Below are positions 1 to 9,052 of a DNA stretch of 64,000 nt, piece after piece. The DNA is from Thermoplasmatota archaeon (GTDB lineage: Archaea > Thermoplasmatota > E2 > JACPAO01 > JAHFTW01): the NCBI GenBank assembly GCA_041601615.1, contig JBFIHX010000006.1:1-64000 (forward strand). Reading direction: 5' to 3'. Position 1 is the stretch's first letter. Each line of letters begins with the position of its first letter. Both the position numbers and the translations under genes were made by a program. Under the pieces are notes generated by a model. That model saw only the letters and a list, made by a program, of their open reading frames with translations, did no database searches and had not been told where the DNA came from.

Positions 1-1
1 C

Positions 2-262
2 GAAGGCGCGGTCGCGTTTTTTCGGGGGCTCACCCCGGGGCCGCGCAAGGCCCTTCGCTTGGCTCTTGAGCAGTTGCGCGATGATCCGTCAGGAAAACGG
101 CATGGCCTGGACGTGAAAAAACTAGAAGGCGACCACGCAACGGGGTTATCCCGCCTCCGAGTCGGCCAACAACGCGTAATTTTTGGAATCAAGGGCAATA
201 TTATCCGAGTCACGCGAATCATGCAGCGTTCAGATGGATATGATTGGCTCCGGGACGATTAA
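2..262 (+). CDS. RelE/ParE-family type II toxin (5' end outside window)
   Basis: Frame open from base 2 (EGAVAFFRGLTPGPRKALRLALEQL...DVKKLEG...SRLRVGQQRVIFGI...IRVTRIMQRSDGY), typical RelE pattern. Confidence 0.8.
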   Translation, partial: EGAVAFFRGLTPGPRKALRLALEQLRDDPSGKRHGLDVKKLEGDHATGLSRLRVGQQRVIFGIKGNIIRVTRIMQRSDGYDWLRDD

Positions 263-269
263 CGAGGAA

Positions 270-335
270 ATCTAACAAGTCACTCAACCCGACTCCTCCG
301 CTTCGCTCCGGAGCGGGTCAGTTCGACCGTTAGCT
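270..335 (+). mobile_element. attC: Integron attC-like recombination site
   Basis: R'' ATCTAAC (270-276), 5-bp spacer, left arm ACTcAACCCGaCTCC pairing with right arm GGAGCGGGTCAGT (two extra bases, one mismatch), R' GTTAGCT (329-335); 66 bp, 7 bp after the toxin stop. Confidence 0.8.
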
Positions 336-382
336 ACCCCGCCCAGGAATCCAGCACATCCATTAAAGCACCTGAGCCACCC

Positions 383-1138
383 CTATTCTGGCCCGTCCAC
401 CGCGTCAAAACGCGAATGCAGCTCCACGGGATCGCGCCTGCGCAGTCGTAGGTTCAGCATTTCGACTCCTAGTGCAAATGCCATGGCGAAGTAGACGTAG
501 CCCTTGGGGATGTGTTGGTCGAATCCTTCTGCGACGAGCAATACGCCGATCAGGACGAGGAAGCTGAGTGCTAACATCTTGACGGTGGGGTGGTCGTGGA
601 CGAAACTCGCGATGGGTTTGGCGGCTACGAGCATGACGCCGATGGCGATGATGACGGCTGCGATCATCACGGCAAGGATGTCGGTCATGCCTACGGCGGT
701 GATGACGGAGTCGAGGCTGAACACCATGTCGAGCAGGACGATTTGCACGAGCACGGCCATGAGTTTGGCGTGGACTCGGGTGGAAGCGTGGCCCTGTGGC
801 GCCTCGAGGTTTTCGTGGATTTCGTGCGTTGCTTTTGCGATTAGGAACAAGCCGCCCAGGAGCAGGACGAGGTCACGTCCGCTGATTTCGAATTCAAGGA
901 CGGAGAAGAGCGGGGCGGTCAATCCGATGACCCACGCGAGCGACAGGAGCAACAGGATGCGGAACACCATGGCAAGAAGGAGGCCGATTCTGCGGGCTTT
1001 GTCGCGTTGCTCGGGGGGAAGTTTTTGGGCAAGAATGCTGATGAAGACGATGTTGTCGATGCCGAGGACAATTTCCAGGGCGGTGAGCGTGAGGAGGGCG
1101 AGCCATGCCTCCGGTGAACTGAGAAGTTCTAGGACCAC
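383..1138 (-). CDS. TerC-family integral membrane protein
   Basis: LEIVLGIDNIVFISI and DMVFSLDSVITAVG motifs. Confidence 0.95.
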   Translation of the reverse strand: MVLELLSSPEAWLALLTLTALEIVLGIDNIVFISILAQKLPPEQRDKARRIGLLLAMVFRILLLLSLAWVIGLTAPLFSVLEFEISGRDLVLLLGGLFLIAKATHEIHENLEAPQGHASTRVHAKLMAVLVQIVLLDMVFSLDSVITAVGMTDILAVMIAAVIIAIGVMLVAAKPIASFVHDHPTVKMLALSFLVLIGVLLVAEGFDQHIPKGYVYFAMAFALGVEMLNLRLRRRDPVELHSRFDAVDGPE

Positions 1139-1485
1139 GGCGCGGGATGGCGTGGCCTACTTGTGGGCTTTGGGGGCCGCGCGGGCTATGTCCGCTACTT
1201 GGCAGAATTGGCTACGTTGTTGGATTCGGATGATGCCGAAGCTCAGCGCGTGGCCAATTTGAACGCCAAGTCTGACTTGGCGCAGCTTGGCCCAGTGCCG
1301 GGGTCGGCAGTGCTTGTAGGGACCAGCGTCCGGCGGTTCCGTGGGGCCGGGTGTTTGCTAGGAACACGGAGGCCCATCGAGCAGCGCCCGCACACGGACC
1401 ACCTTGGACGACGGTTTCGCTTGCGGCGGAAGGGTGGCAATCGGCGCTGAGCAAGGTTCAACGGGGGATCGCTGCATCGACGTTC

Positions 1486-1911
1486 ATGGCAAGTCTGGCC
1501 CCCTACCTGAATTTCAACGGCAACTGCGAGGAAGCCATGACTTTCTACGCTGCCGCTTTTGATGCGGAGATGACGATGATGATGCGTTTCAAGGAGATGC
1601 CCATGGAGGGAATGGTCGTCCCCAAGGAGCACGAGAATCTCATCATCCACGCGTCGTTCTTGGTGGGCTCCGGGCCCATTATGGCCTCGGACGTCATGCC
1701 AGGAAGCTCCAATCCGCTCGTGGTTGGCAACAACAATTATATCTCCATCGCGCCCGATTCCAGGGGCCACGCGGACCACTTGTTCAGGGCGCTCTCTGCG
1801 GGGGGCACCGTGGAAATGGCGATGCACGACGCCGAGTGGGGCGACTACTTTGGCTCCTTCAAGGACAAATTCGACGTTCACTGGATGATCAACCTGGGAC
1901 CCTCGAAGTAG
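1486..1911 (+). CDS. VOC/PhnB-like glyoxalase-family protein
   Basis: PYLNFNGNCEEAMTFY...WGDYFG..KDKFDVHWMIN; ATG at 1486. Confidence 0.9.
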   Translation: MASLAPYLNFNGNCEEAMTFYAAAFDAEMTMMMRFKEMPMEGMVVPKEHENLIIHASFLVGSGPIMASDVMPGSSNPLVVGNNNYISIAPDSRGHADHLFRALSAGGTVEMAMHDAEWGDYFGSFKDKFDVHWMINLGPSK

Positions 1912-1912
1912 C

Positions 1913-2323
1913 GTGCACACCACCAACTACGCGAGCACGTTCATCGAGGTTGCAGAGGATTGCCCCGCCACCGGGGCCGAAATTCCCGCTCAGCGAGGGG
2001 GCAAAGAAACGGTGGCCACGTTGCAGTTCCAAATGGTCGCTGAAGCGCCATACACGTTCACCTCTGACGAAGTTTTGTTCGGGGTCTTTGCTGATCGCAA
2101 TGGCATTGCGGAGGCCAACCGGCCAGTGGCTCGCGCCGAGTTTTTCAGCAAGGGACAACCCTGCTTCCGAGCCTCGCCTTTGACCAAGCGCTACGGCTGG
2201 GGCGTGCACAGCGACGCGGAGGGTCGCATTGCCTTGGTTGCAATGGATTCCGCCGAGTATTCCGCGCTGGCCTCCGACGACTGCTTGCAGCATGTGAAGG
2301 CGATGCGGTCGAAGCGAGCGTAA
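1913..2323 (+). CDS. DUF6157-like conserved protein
   Basis: MHTTNY..TFIEVAEDCP...FFSKGQPCFRASPLTKRYGWGVH. Confidence 0.8.
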   Translation: MHTTNYASTFIEVAEDCPATGAEIPAQRGGKETVATLQFQMVAEAPYTFTSDEVLFGVFADRNGIAEANRPVARAEFFSKGQPCFRASPLTKRYGWGVHSDAEGRIALVAMDSAEYSALASDDCLQHVKAMRSKRA

Positions 2324-2375
2324 GTGCAAGGGCTTCTGACTGAGCAGTTTTTTCCGAGTCTCCCATGACCGGCCT

Positions 2376-2762
2376 ATGATGGACGCTGCGGCCTCCACCC
2401 CTGACGCGTACGTGGCTGGCCTCACGGGCTGGCAGGCCGTAGTCGTCCGGCAGCTGCGCGCTGTCGCTACGTCCTTGCCAAGATTGGATGAGACCATCAA
2501 GTGGGGACACTTGGTGTACGCCTGCAACGGACCCGCCTTGCTGATCCGCGCCGACGACGAATCGGTCCAGTTTGGCTTCTGGCGAGGCTCGCGGTTGCGC
2601 GAAATTGAGCCGGGATTGAAGCCTGGCGGGAAGTATGAGATGGCAAAATTTGTCATCACCGCGCCGCCCGGGCCGGACCCAGCGACCTTGGAGGCGCTTT
2701 GCCGGGAGGCGATTCGGTTGAACCTGGAATTGGGCAATCCGCAGGACGCGGCTCGGAAGTGA
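2376..2762 (+). CDS. DUF1801 (YdhG-like) protein
   Basis: ETIKWGHLVY...VQFGFWRG pattern. Confidence 0.8.
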   Translation: MMDAAASTPDAYVAGLTGWQAVVVRQLRAVATSLPRLDETIKWGHLVYACNGPALLIRADDESVQFGFWRGSRLREIEPGLKPGGKYEMAKFVITAPPGPDPATLEALCREAIRLNLELGNPQDAARK

Positions 2763-2780
2763 CGCTTGCAAAAGGGCCGC

Positions 2781-3407
2781 TTAGCGTTCGTTGGCGCCTT
2801 TTCCCTCGATGATTTTGCTGCGCGATTTGGCGATGCGGGCGATTCGCGTTTCGGATTTCTTGGCGCCTTTGAGCAAAATCTCGTAGCTGCGCTGCCGTCC
2901 TGGCGTCAAGGCATGGAACGCTTCGGCCATTTCCGGGTCCGCATCTAGGGCCTCCACCATTTCTTCCGGCAAATCCAATTCGTGTTTTTCGCGCGGCGGC
3001 TGAACGCCTGCTTCTGCGTAGCCGATTGCTTCTTTGAGGTAGGCGCGCACGGTCGCTTCCATGGCGTGGATTTGGGTGTTGTCCGTGAACCGAAGCACGC
3101 CCGCGTTCTTCGTATTGGGACCCGCCAGTTCCAATATTCCTTCTGGGTCCTTCATCAATGCGGCATTGAAGAAGGTCAGTCGATAGTCTTCGCGGAAAGC
3201 CCCGAGAATGGCGATGTTGCGGCCGTCGTGAACGTAGCAGGGGTGGCCCCATTTGACTTCCTCGGACAAGCCCATGTCAAGGCAGATTCGTCGGGCACTG
3301 GCTAGGCCTTCGTGCCATCGTTTTGTGGAGCATTCGGCGGTTGCAAAGCGTTCGCAGCGGCCGCACCCGAGGTCGAAGTAGTCTTGAATTTCAGTAATCA
3401 TTGCCAT
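2781..3407 (-). CDS. YdeI/OmpD-associated protein with DUF1801 domain
   Basis: EEVKWGHPCY; AFHALTPGRQRSY...AKKSETRIARI. Confidence 0.9.
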   Translation of the reverse strand: MAMITEIQDYFDLGCGRCERFATAECSTKRWHEGLASARRICLDMGLSEEVKWGHPCYVHDGRNIAILGAFREDYRLTFFNAALMKDPEGILELAGPNTKNAGVLRFTDNTQIHAMEATVRAYLKEAIGYAEAGVQPPREKHELDLPEEMVEALDADPEMAEAFHALTPGRQRSYEILLKGAKKSETRIARIAKSRSKIIEGKGANER

Positions 3408-3440
3408 GAATGTGCTCCAAGGTTTTGATTCGAATCGTTG

Positions 3441-3659
3441 CTAGGCATGAGATTTCGCGCCTCGCCATTTTCGTATCCATGGGGCCACGAGCATGTAGGT
3501 GCCGGACAAGGTGAGCGCGAACAGAAACGGCAGGGGCGTGTAGATCCACGGGGATTCGATGTTTCCTTGCGCCGAGGCGATGCCGGCGGGTATCATGGAG
3601 ATGAGGAAGAGCCCCGCGCCGATGCGGTGGCCTTTTCGGAGGAGTTTTTCGAATTTCAT
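3441..3659 (-). CDS. Small membrane protein (72 aa, 2 TM)
   Basis: MKFEKLLRKGH...; start overlaps the stop of the upstream SRPBCC gene (ATGA). Confidence 0.65.
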   Translation of the reverse strand: MKFEKLLRKGHRIGAGLFLISMIPAGIASAQGNIESPWIYTPLPFLFALTLSGTYMLVAPWIRKWRGAKSHA

Positions 3660-4192
3660 GGGCTCACGACCTTGGCGAGGCGGTCCAGGCGCCATTGGTG
3701 GCGCGATCCGTCTGTGAATTTGCCGGGCTCGTCCATGCCGACGCTGAGCATGCCCTTCATCGCCATGCCCATGGGGTATTTCGAGGTCAGCCGAAGCATG
3801 GTTTGGTGTCCGACTGCGATGAATTCGTAGGTTTCTTCGATGGCAAACAGTTTGCTTGCCGCGCCCTTTCCGTAGCACATCGTCATGGTCAATCGCGTCG
3901 GCGCGTTCACTTCTTGGTATTCGCCGTGGAAGTGGCTTTTCTTACCCTTGGTGTCGGTTTCAATGAAGTGCCATGTTCCTCCGGTTCGGGCTTCCATCGC
4001 CTTCGCTTCCAATGTCGCGCCGGAGGAGGCCCACCAGGAAGCAACCCGGACAGGGTCGGTGAATGCTGCAAACACTTGGCTTGGCGTCGCATCATAGGTC
4101 CGTTCGAAAGTGACCTCCTTCTTGCCCGTGAGGGCATACGTGGTTTGGCTGCCTGCAACATTGCGCCATTCAGCGGTTTTGGTATCAGTCAT
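3656..4192 (-). CDS. SRPBCC/AHSA1-family ligand-binding protein
   Basis: FERTYDATPSQVFAAFTDP..VASWW; FHGEYQEV; ATG at 4192. Confidence 0.9.
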   Translation of the reverse strand: MTDTKTAEWRNVAGSQTTYALTGKKEVTFERTYDATPSQVFAAFTDPVRVASWWASSGATLEAKAMEARTGGTWHFIETDTKGKKSHFHGEYQEVNAPTRLTMTMCYGKGAASKLFAIEETYEFIAVGHQTMLRLTSKYPMGMAMKGMLSVGMDEPGKFTDGSRHQWRLDRLAKVVSP

Positions 4193-4500
4193 GGAGTCTC
4201 CGGGGGAAGGACGGCTGCGAGTCGGTCGAGTCGTTCGGATTGATCGTGGACGTAGCGGCGCACCCATTGGTCTAGCTCGCGCAGGGAGCCGGGTCGAATC
4301 GAATACATGCGCCGCTGGCCTTCTTTGCGGCAATGAACAATGCCTGCGTCGTCGAGGATGCGCAAGTGGCGTGAGACGCCTGGTTGGGCGATGGTTACTT
4401 GGTCCGCAAGTTGCCCCACCGAGGACTCGCCCCTATGCAAGACTTCCACCAGTTGGCGGCGCGTCGGGTCGGCGAGAACGGTGAAAATGTCGCTGCCCAC
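4189..4500 (-). CDS. ArsR/SmtB-family transcriptional regulator
   Basis: FTVLADPTRRQLVEVL...QPGVSRHLRILDDAG...EGQRRMY; GTG at 4500 chosen as start; common ArsR-SRPBCC pairing. Confidence 0.9.
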   Translation of the reverse strand: MGSDIFTVLADPTRRQLVEVLHRGESSVGQLADQVTIAQPGVSRHLRILDDAGIVHCRKEGQRRMYSIRPGSLRELDQWVRRYVHDQSERLDRLAAVLPPETP

Positions 4501-4508
4501 AATACAAC

Positions 4509-4528
4509 ATACATTATCATGTATATAC
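4509..4528 (-). promoter_or_regulatory. TATA box with overlapping palindromic operator for the arsR operon
   Basis: ATACAT-N4-ATGTAT inverted repeat (4509-4524) overlapping TATATA ~25 bp upstream of the GTG start. Confidence 0.6.
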
Positions 4529-4644
4529 AAATTGGCCAATACTCATGGCGTATTGTACCGGCGACCAGATCCCCCCTCAACCCACTGCCGCGTTCGAAGG
4601 TTCGCAACCAAACTACAAACGCCCGTGCATGCTGGACCGGTTGG

Positions 4645-5238
4645 ATGGCGCGAGGGATTTCGCAAGAGGACCCGATGTTCTTTCTCGAAGCGGCCGATTT
4701 TCGCGCTTGGCTTGATGCACACCACGCCTCGACGGACCATCTCTGGGTGGGGTATTACAAGAAAGCCACAGGCAAGCCATCGGTCACTTGGGAGGACACC
4801 GTCGCGGAGGCGCTTTGCTATGGCTGGATCGACGGCATTCGAAAATCGCTGGGCGCCGAGAGCTATGTAATCCGATTCACCCCACGAAAACCCAACAGTG
4901 TCTGGAGCCAAAGGAACATCGACCTCGTGGATCAATTGACGGCAGAGGGCCGGATGAAGCACGAGGGATTGGCTGCGTTTGCCCACAAAGCAGTCCACCC
5001 AGACAGCGGCTATCGAGCCACCAGCCCAGCCAGCGACCTCACAGACGAGATGGTCGCGCAGTTCAAGGCCACTCCCGGCGCGTGGGCGTTCTTCCATGCG
5101 CAGCCAGATGGTTACCGGCGCCAAGCAGCCAATTGGATCATGGGGGCAAAACGCGAGGAGACCCGGCAGCGCAGGCTCTCCACGCTCATGGAGGACTCGG
5201 CCAACGGCTTGCGCATCAAGCAGTTTCGAAGGGCCTGA
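4645..5238 (+). CDS. YdeI/OmpD-associated protein
   Basis: EALCYGWIDG...RFTPRKPNSVWSQRN; WIMGAKREETRQRRL. Confidence 0.9.
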   Translation: MARGISQEDPMFFLEAADFRAWLDAHHASTDHLWVGYYKKATGKPSVTWEDTVAEALCYGWIDGIRKSLGAESYVIRFTPRKPNSVWSQRNIDLVDQLTAEGRMKHEGLAAFAHKAVHPDSGYRATSPASDLTDEMVAQFKATPGAWAFFHAQPDGYRRQAANWIMGAKREETRQRRLSTLMEDSANGLRIKQFRRA

Positions 5239-5569
5239 AGCGAAGGCTCGCAAATTGCGCACGCCTCAGGAGATTACGGCCCTTGGTTGAAGACGAAATG
5301 CAGCCGGACCTCACAGCAGGACACCCCCCAGGGGTTTGCCCAACTTGTCTCCTGCCGAGACTGAACCCATCGCCGCTGGCACATAACCTCTGGCACATTG
5401 CCTTGATTGCATCGGGGCACCACTTTGGAACCCTCAGCCGATTCTCAGCAATGATTTTGGATACCCCACCAGACAGAACCATCGCCCTTTGCCACCATAC
5501 CATCGTGCCTCCCGGAGCCCACACCGTCGATGAGTCCGCACCAGCCCCAATGCCTGAATGTGTCCGGCA

Positions 5570-6979
5570 ATGCTTATCTCTGCGCAACACTCCACATCTT
5601 TGTTGCTTCACCGGGTCCTCGAATCCGTCCCCGCCGCGCACATCGCGCACGCAAGGCTCGCATCCCGGTTTCGAACCACATTCATCCTGGAATCCCGGGA
5701 GGGACCGGAGCGATTGGCGCGCTACAGTTTCGTCGGCTTTTCCCCTGCAGGAATCGCCACCTACGACTCATCCGGCCTCCGCGTCCAAGGCGCCCTTCCA
5801 GCCCCCAGCCTTGACCAAGATCCCATCGAATACTTGCGTCGCATTCAGGCATTCTACCACACGGCGGACCAGGAAGCACCGTTCGTGGGTGGCCTCGTGG
5901 GAAGCGTCGGCTACGACATCGTGCGCTTGCTGGAACCGAGCCTCGAAACAGGCGCGCCGGAATCTTGGCCCCGGTACATTTTTGGCCTGTACCTGGACGG
6001 CCTCGTGTATGATCACACCGCAGACACATGCACCTACGTCAGCCGCGGCGAAGACCGCAGCCAGGAACTCCTCGAAGCACTCGAACACGCCGCCCCAAGC
6101 GCCGAATTGCGCGTTGGCCCCGTTGACGCCGGCACCGACCAAGCCCACTACGAAGCGGCCGTGCGCGATGCCCAAGAACAAATCCGCGCCGGGGAAGCGT
6201 TCCAAATCGTCCTGTCTCGCGCATACACCGCAACGCACACCGGGCCGCTCACGCGCTTGTACGATTGGCTACGCGACGCCGCCGCCGTGCCCTACCTGTA
6301 CCACCTGCGCTTCGGCGACCTCGAACTCGTGGGCGCCAGTCCCGAAATGCTCGTTCGCGTGCGCCAAGGCGAAGTGGAAACATTCCCCATCGCAGGTACC
6401 CGCCCCATTACAGGCAACGAATCCAAGGACCAGGCAGCAGGCGAGGACCTGAAACAAGACCGCAAAGAAACAGCCGAGCACGCCATGCTTGTCGACCTTG
6501 CCCGCAACGACCTTGCTCGCGTGTGCGCCCCCGGCACCGTCCGAGTTGCTTCGTATCAGGAACTGCACCGATTCCGCACCGTCCAACACCTCGTCAGCCA
6601 TGTACGCGGCCAACTCCGGCCCGAACACGACGCCCTCGACGCGCTTGCCGCCGTATTTCCCGCCGGCACCGTCAGCGGAGCCCCCAAAGTACGCGCCATG
6701 GAACACATTGACCGCCTAGAAAACGTCCCCCGTGGCCCCTACGCCGGCTGTGTCGCGTACCTCAGCTTCAACGGCGACTTCGACAGCGCCATCGCCATCC
6801 GAACCCTCAGCCGCGACGGCGACCAACTCACCGCCCAAGCAGGCGCCGGTATCGTCCACCGCAGCAACCCCACCGCCGAATTCATGGAAACCCGCCACAA
6901 AGCCGGAACCATCCTGGAAGGCCTCGCCACATTCGGAGCGACCCTCCCCGACGAAAACGCAATGCCGGTGGCGCCATGA
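5570..6979 (+). CDS. trpE: Anthranilate synthase component I
   Basis: ILES, GEAFQIVLS, GASPEML, PIAGTR, AEHAMLVDLARNDL, FPAGTVSGAPKVRAM. Confidence 0.95.
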   Translation: MLISAQHSTSLLLHRVLESVPAAHIAHARLASRFRTTFILESREGPERLARYSFVGFSPAGIATYDSSGLRVQGALPAPSLDQDPIEYLRRIQAFYHTADQEAPFVGGLVGSVGYDIVRLLEPSLETGAPESWPRYIFGLYLDGLVYDHTADTCTYVSRGEDRSQELLEALEHAAPSAELRVGPVDAGTDQAHYEAAVRDAQEQIRAGEAFQIVLSRAYTATHTGPLTRLYDWLRDAAAVPYLYHLRFGDLELVGASPEMLVRVRQGEVETFPIAGTRPITGNESKDQAAGEDLKQDRKETAEHAMLVDLARNDLARVCAPGTVRVASYQELHRFRTVQHLVSHVRGQLRPEHDALDALAAVFPAGTVSGAPKVRAMEHIDRLENVPRGPYAGCVAYLSFNGDFDSAIAIRTLSRDGDQLTAQAGAGIVHRSNPTAEFMETRHKAGTILEGLATFGATLPDENAMPVAP

Positions 6980-7572
6980 CGGACGCACATCGCCCACACA
7001 TCGTAGTCGTGGACAACTACGACTCCTTCACCTACAACCTCGTCCACGCCCTCGAAGAAGCCGGCGCCCGCACCACCACCATCCGAAACGACGCCATGGA
7101 CCGCAAGGGTGTTGAGGCACTCCAACCCGACGGCCTCGTCTTGAGCCCCGGCCCCGGCAACCCCGCCAACCCCCGCGACTTTGGCGTCTGCACCGACCTC
7201 ATCCAAGCCCCGATGACCGTCCCAATGCTCGGCGTCTGCCTGGGCATGCAAGGAATGGCCCTGCACACCGGCGGCACCATCATCGCAGCGCCCAGCCTCG
7301 TACACGGCGAATCAGACACCGTCCACATGGCGCCGCACCCATGGCTAGCAGGCCTCCCATCGCCGCTCACCGTCGCACGCTACCACAGCCTCGCCGTCGA
7401 CGCCAACGCCCTCCCCACCGAATGGAGCGCCCTTGGAACCACCACCGACGGCACCCTCATGGCAATCGCCCACCGCACCCAGCCCTGGCTCGGCCTGCAA
7501 TTTCACCCCGAATCCATCCTCACCCCCGACGGACCGCGCATCATCCAAAACTTCGCGGAAGCCTGCACATGA
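6976..7572 (+). CDS. trpG: Anthranilate synthase component II (glutamine amidotransferase)
   Basis: DNYDSFTYNL, SPGPGNP, GVCLG, RYHSL, QFHPESILT. Confidence 0.95.
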   Translation: MTDAHRPHIVVVDNYDSFTYNLVHALEEAGARTTTIRNDAMDRKGVEALQPDGLVLSPGPGNPANPRDFGVCTDLIQAPMTVPMLGVCLGMQGMALHTGGTIIAAPSLVHGESDTVHMAPHPWLAGLPSPLTVARYHSLAVDANALPTEWSALGTTTDGTLMAIAHRTQPWLGLQFHPESILTPDGPRIIQNFAEACT

Positions 7573-8606
7573 ATGACGAATTCCCCCGCCTCCTCGACAC
7601 ACTCATCGACCGCAAACACCTCGACGAAGCCGCAGCCCAACAACTCATGGACCAAATTCTCACCGGAGAACTCGGCCCAGAACGACTCGCCGCTCTCGTC
7701 ACCGCCATGCGCGCCAAAGGCCCCACCGTCAACGAACTCGTCGGATTTGCCCGCAGCATGCGACAGCACGCCCACCACATCGAGGCCCCCTCGGGCGTCG
7801 TCCTCGACAACTGCGGCACCGGAGGCGCTCCCTGCAAGACCTTCAACATCAGCACCGCCGCCGCCTTTGCCCTGGCCACCCGCGTCACCGTCGCCAAGCA
7901 CGGCAACCGAAGCGTCACCCGCCCCAGCGGATCAGCCGACGTGCTCGAACGCGCCGGCGCCAACCTCAACCTCGATCCAGCCGCCGTCGAACAAGTCCTC
8001 GCCTCCACCGGCATCGCATTCCTGTTTGCCCCCACGTTCCATCCAGCAATGCGCCACGCCGGGCCCGTCCGCAAAGCACTCGGCATCAAGACCGTGTTCA
8101 ACCTCCTAGGTCCACTCACCAATCCCGCCGGCGCCACGCACCAAGTCCTCGGAGTCTACGACCCCATCCTCGTGCCCCTCATGGCCCAAGCGCTCGCGCG
8201 GCTCGGATGCCAAGGCGGCTTCGTCGTGCACGGTCTAGGCCCCGGCGGCGATGCCGGATTTGACGAAGCAACCCCCTGCAACCTCGTCTTGTACGCCGAA
8301 ATCCGCAACGGCGAAGCAGGCCCCGAACAAATCCTCGACCCCGCCAACCTTGGAATTCCCCGCTGCACCCTCGATGCCATCGCCGCCGTACCCGCCGCCG
8401 ACGCCCCGACAGTGCTTCGCGCCATCCTCAGCGGAACTGAAACCGGCCCCCGCGCCGACGCCGTCGCCCTCAACGTCGCCTTCGGACTCGTCGCCACAAA
8501 CGAGTGCCCCAACCTACAATCGGGACTCGAAACCGCCCGCGCAATCCTCACAAGCGGCGACGGCAACACCAAATTGACCGCGTTCCTCGCCGCGACCCAG
8601 CCATGA
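7569..8606 (+). CDS. trpD: Anthranilate phosphoribosyltransferase
   Basis: DNCGTGG..FNIST, KHGNRS..SGSADVLE, FNLLGPLTNP. Confidence 0.95.
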   Translation: MNDEFPRLLDTLIDRKHLDEAAAQQLMDQILTGELGPERLAALVTAMRAKGPTVNELVGFARSMRQHAHHIEAPSGVVLDNCGTGGAPCKTFNISTAAAFALATRVTVAKHGNRSVTRPSGSADVLERAGANLNLDPAAVEQVLASTGIAFLFAPTFHPAMRHAGPVRKALGIKTVFNLLGPLTNPAGATHQVLGVYDPILVPLMAQALARLGCQGGFVVHGLGPGGDAGFDEATPCNLVLYAEIRNGEAGPEQILDPANLGIPRCTLDAIAAVPAADAPTVLRAILSGTETGPRADAVALNVAFGLVATNECPNLQSGLETARAILTSGDGNTKLTAFLAATQP

Positions 8607-9052
8607 GCGACGGTCAAGACGGCACAGCGCCGACCGAGAAGCCCCGCATCCTCCAGGACTCCGAATTCACCCTCGAAGAAGGCTTCCTCTACAAGGGCAT
8701 GCGCACAGGTGCCATCTGGATGAACAAGCTGTTCTTCAGTTGCCTCTTTTTGCTCGGCATCTGGCTCCTGATGGGCTACACCGTAGGCCTCGAAGAATGC
8801 GCCGGAGGAGCAGACACACCAGGCTCCCAAACCGATGTGGAAGCCGCCGAAGAAGGCACCTGCAGCGTCATCCTAACGCCCACCGCCAAGTACCTCGGCG
8901 CCATGGCAGTCGTATCCTTCATCCTAAGCATCGCATTCGGCTCCCTGGGCCTCGTCGTGGGCAAGAACATCATCGAATCCACTCGCGTGCGCGACGAACC
9001 CGGCTCCGAAGAACAAGGAGGCGGCGATGGGCCATCTCGCCCACTTCCTTGA
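8603..9052 (+). CDS. Hypothetical 2-TM membrane protein inside the trp operon
   Basis: ATGA overlap with trpD stop; two hydrophobic segments flanking an acidic loop with 2 Cys. Confidence 0.75.
   Translation: MSDGQDGTAPTEKPRILQDSEFTLEEGFLYKGMRTGAIWMNKLFFSCLFLLGIWLLMGYTVGLEECAGGADTPGSQTDVEAAEEGTCSVILTPTAKYLGAMAVVSFILSIAFGSLGLVVGKNIIESTRVRDEPGSEEQGGGDGPSRPLP

Noticed and set aside
5216-5503. ATG-GTA-TGG-TGG (MVWW...) near trpE as an attenuator leader peptide
   Set aside because: It is on the minus strand, antisense to the trp operon, and runs on for ~95 codons
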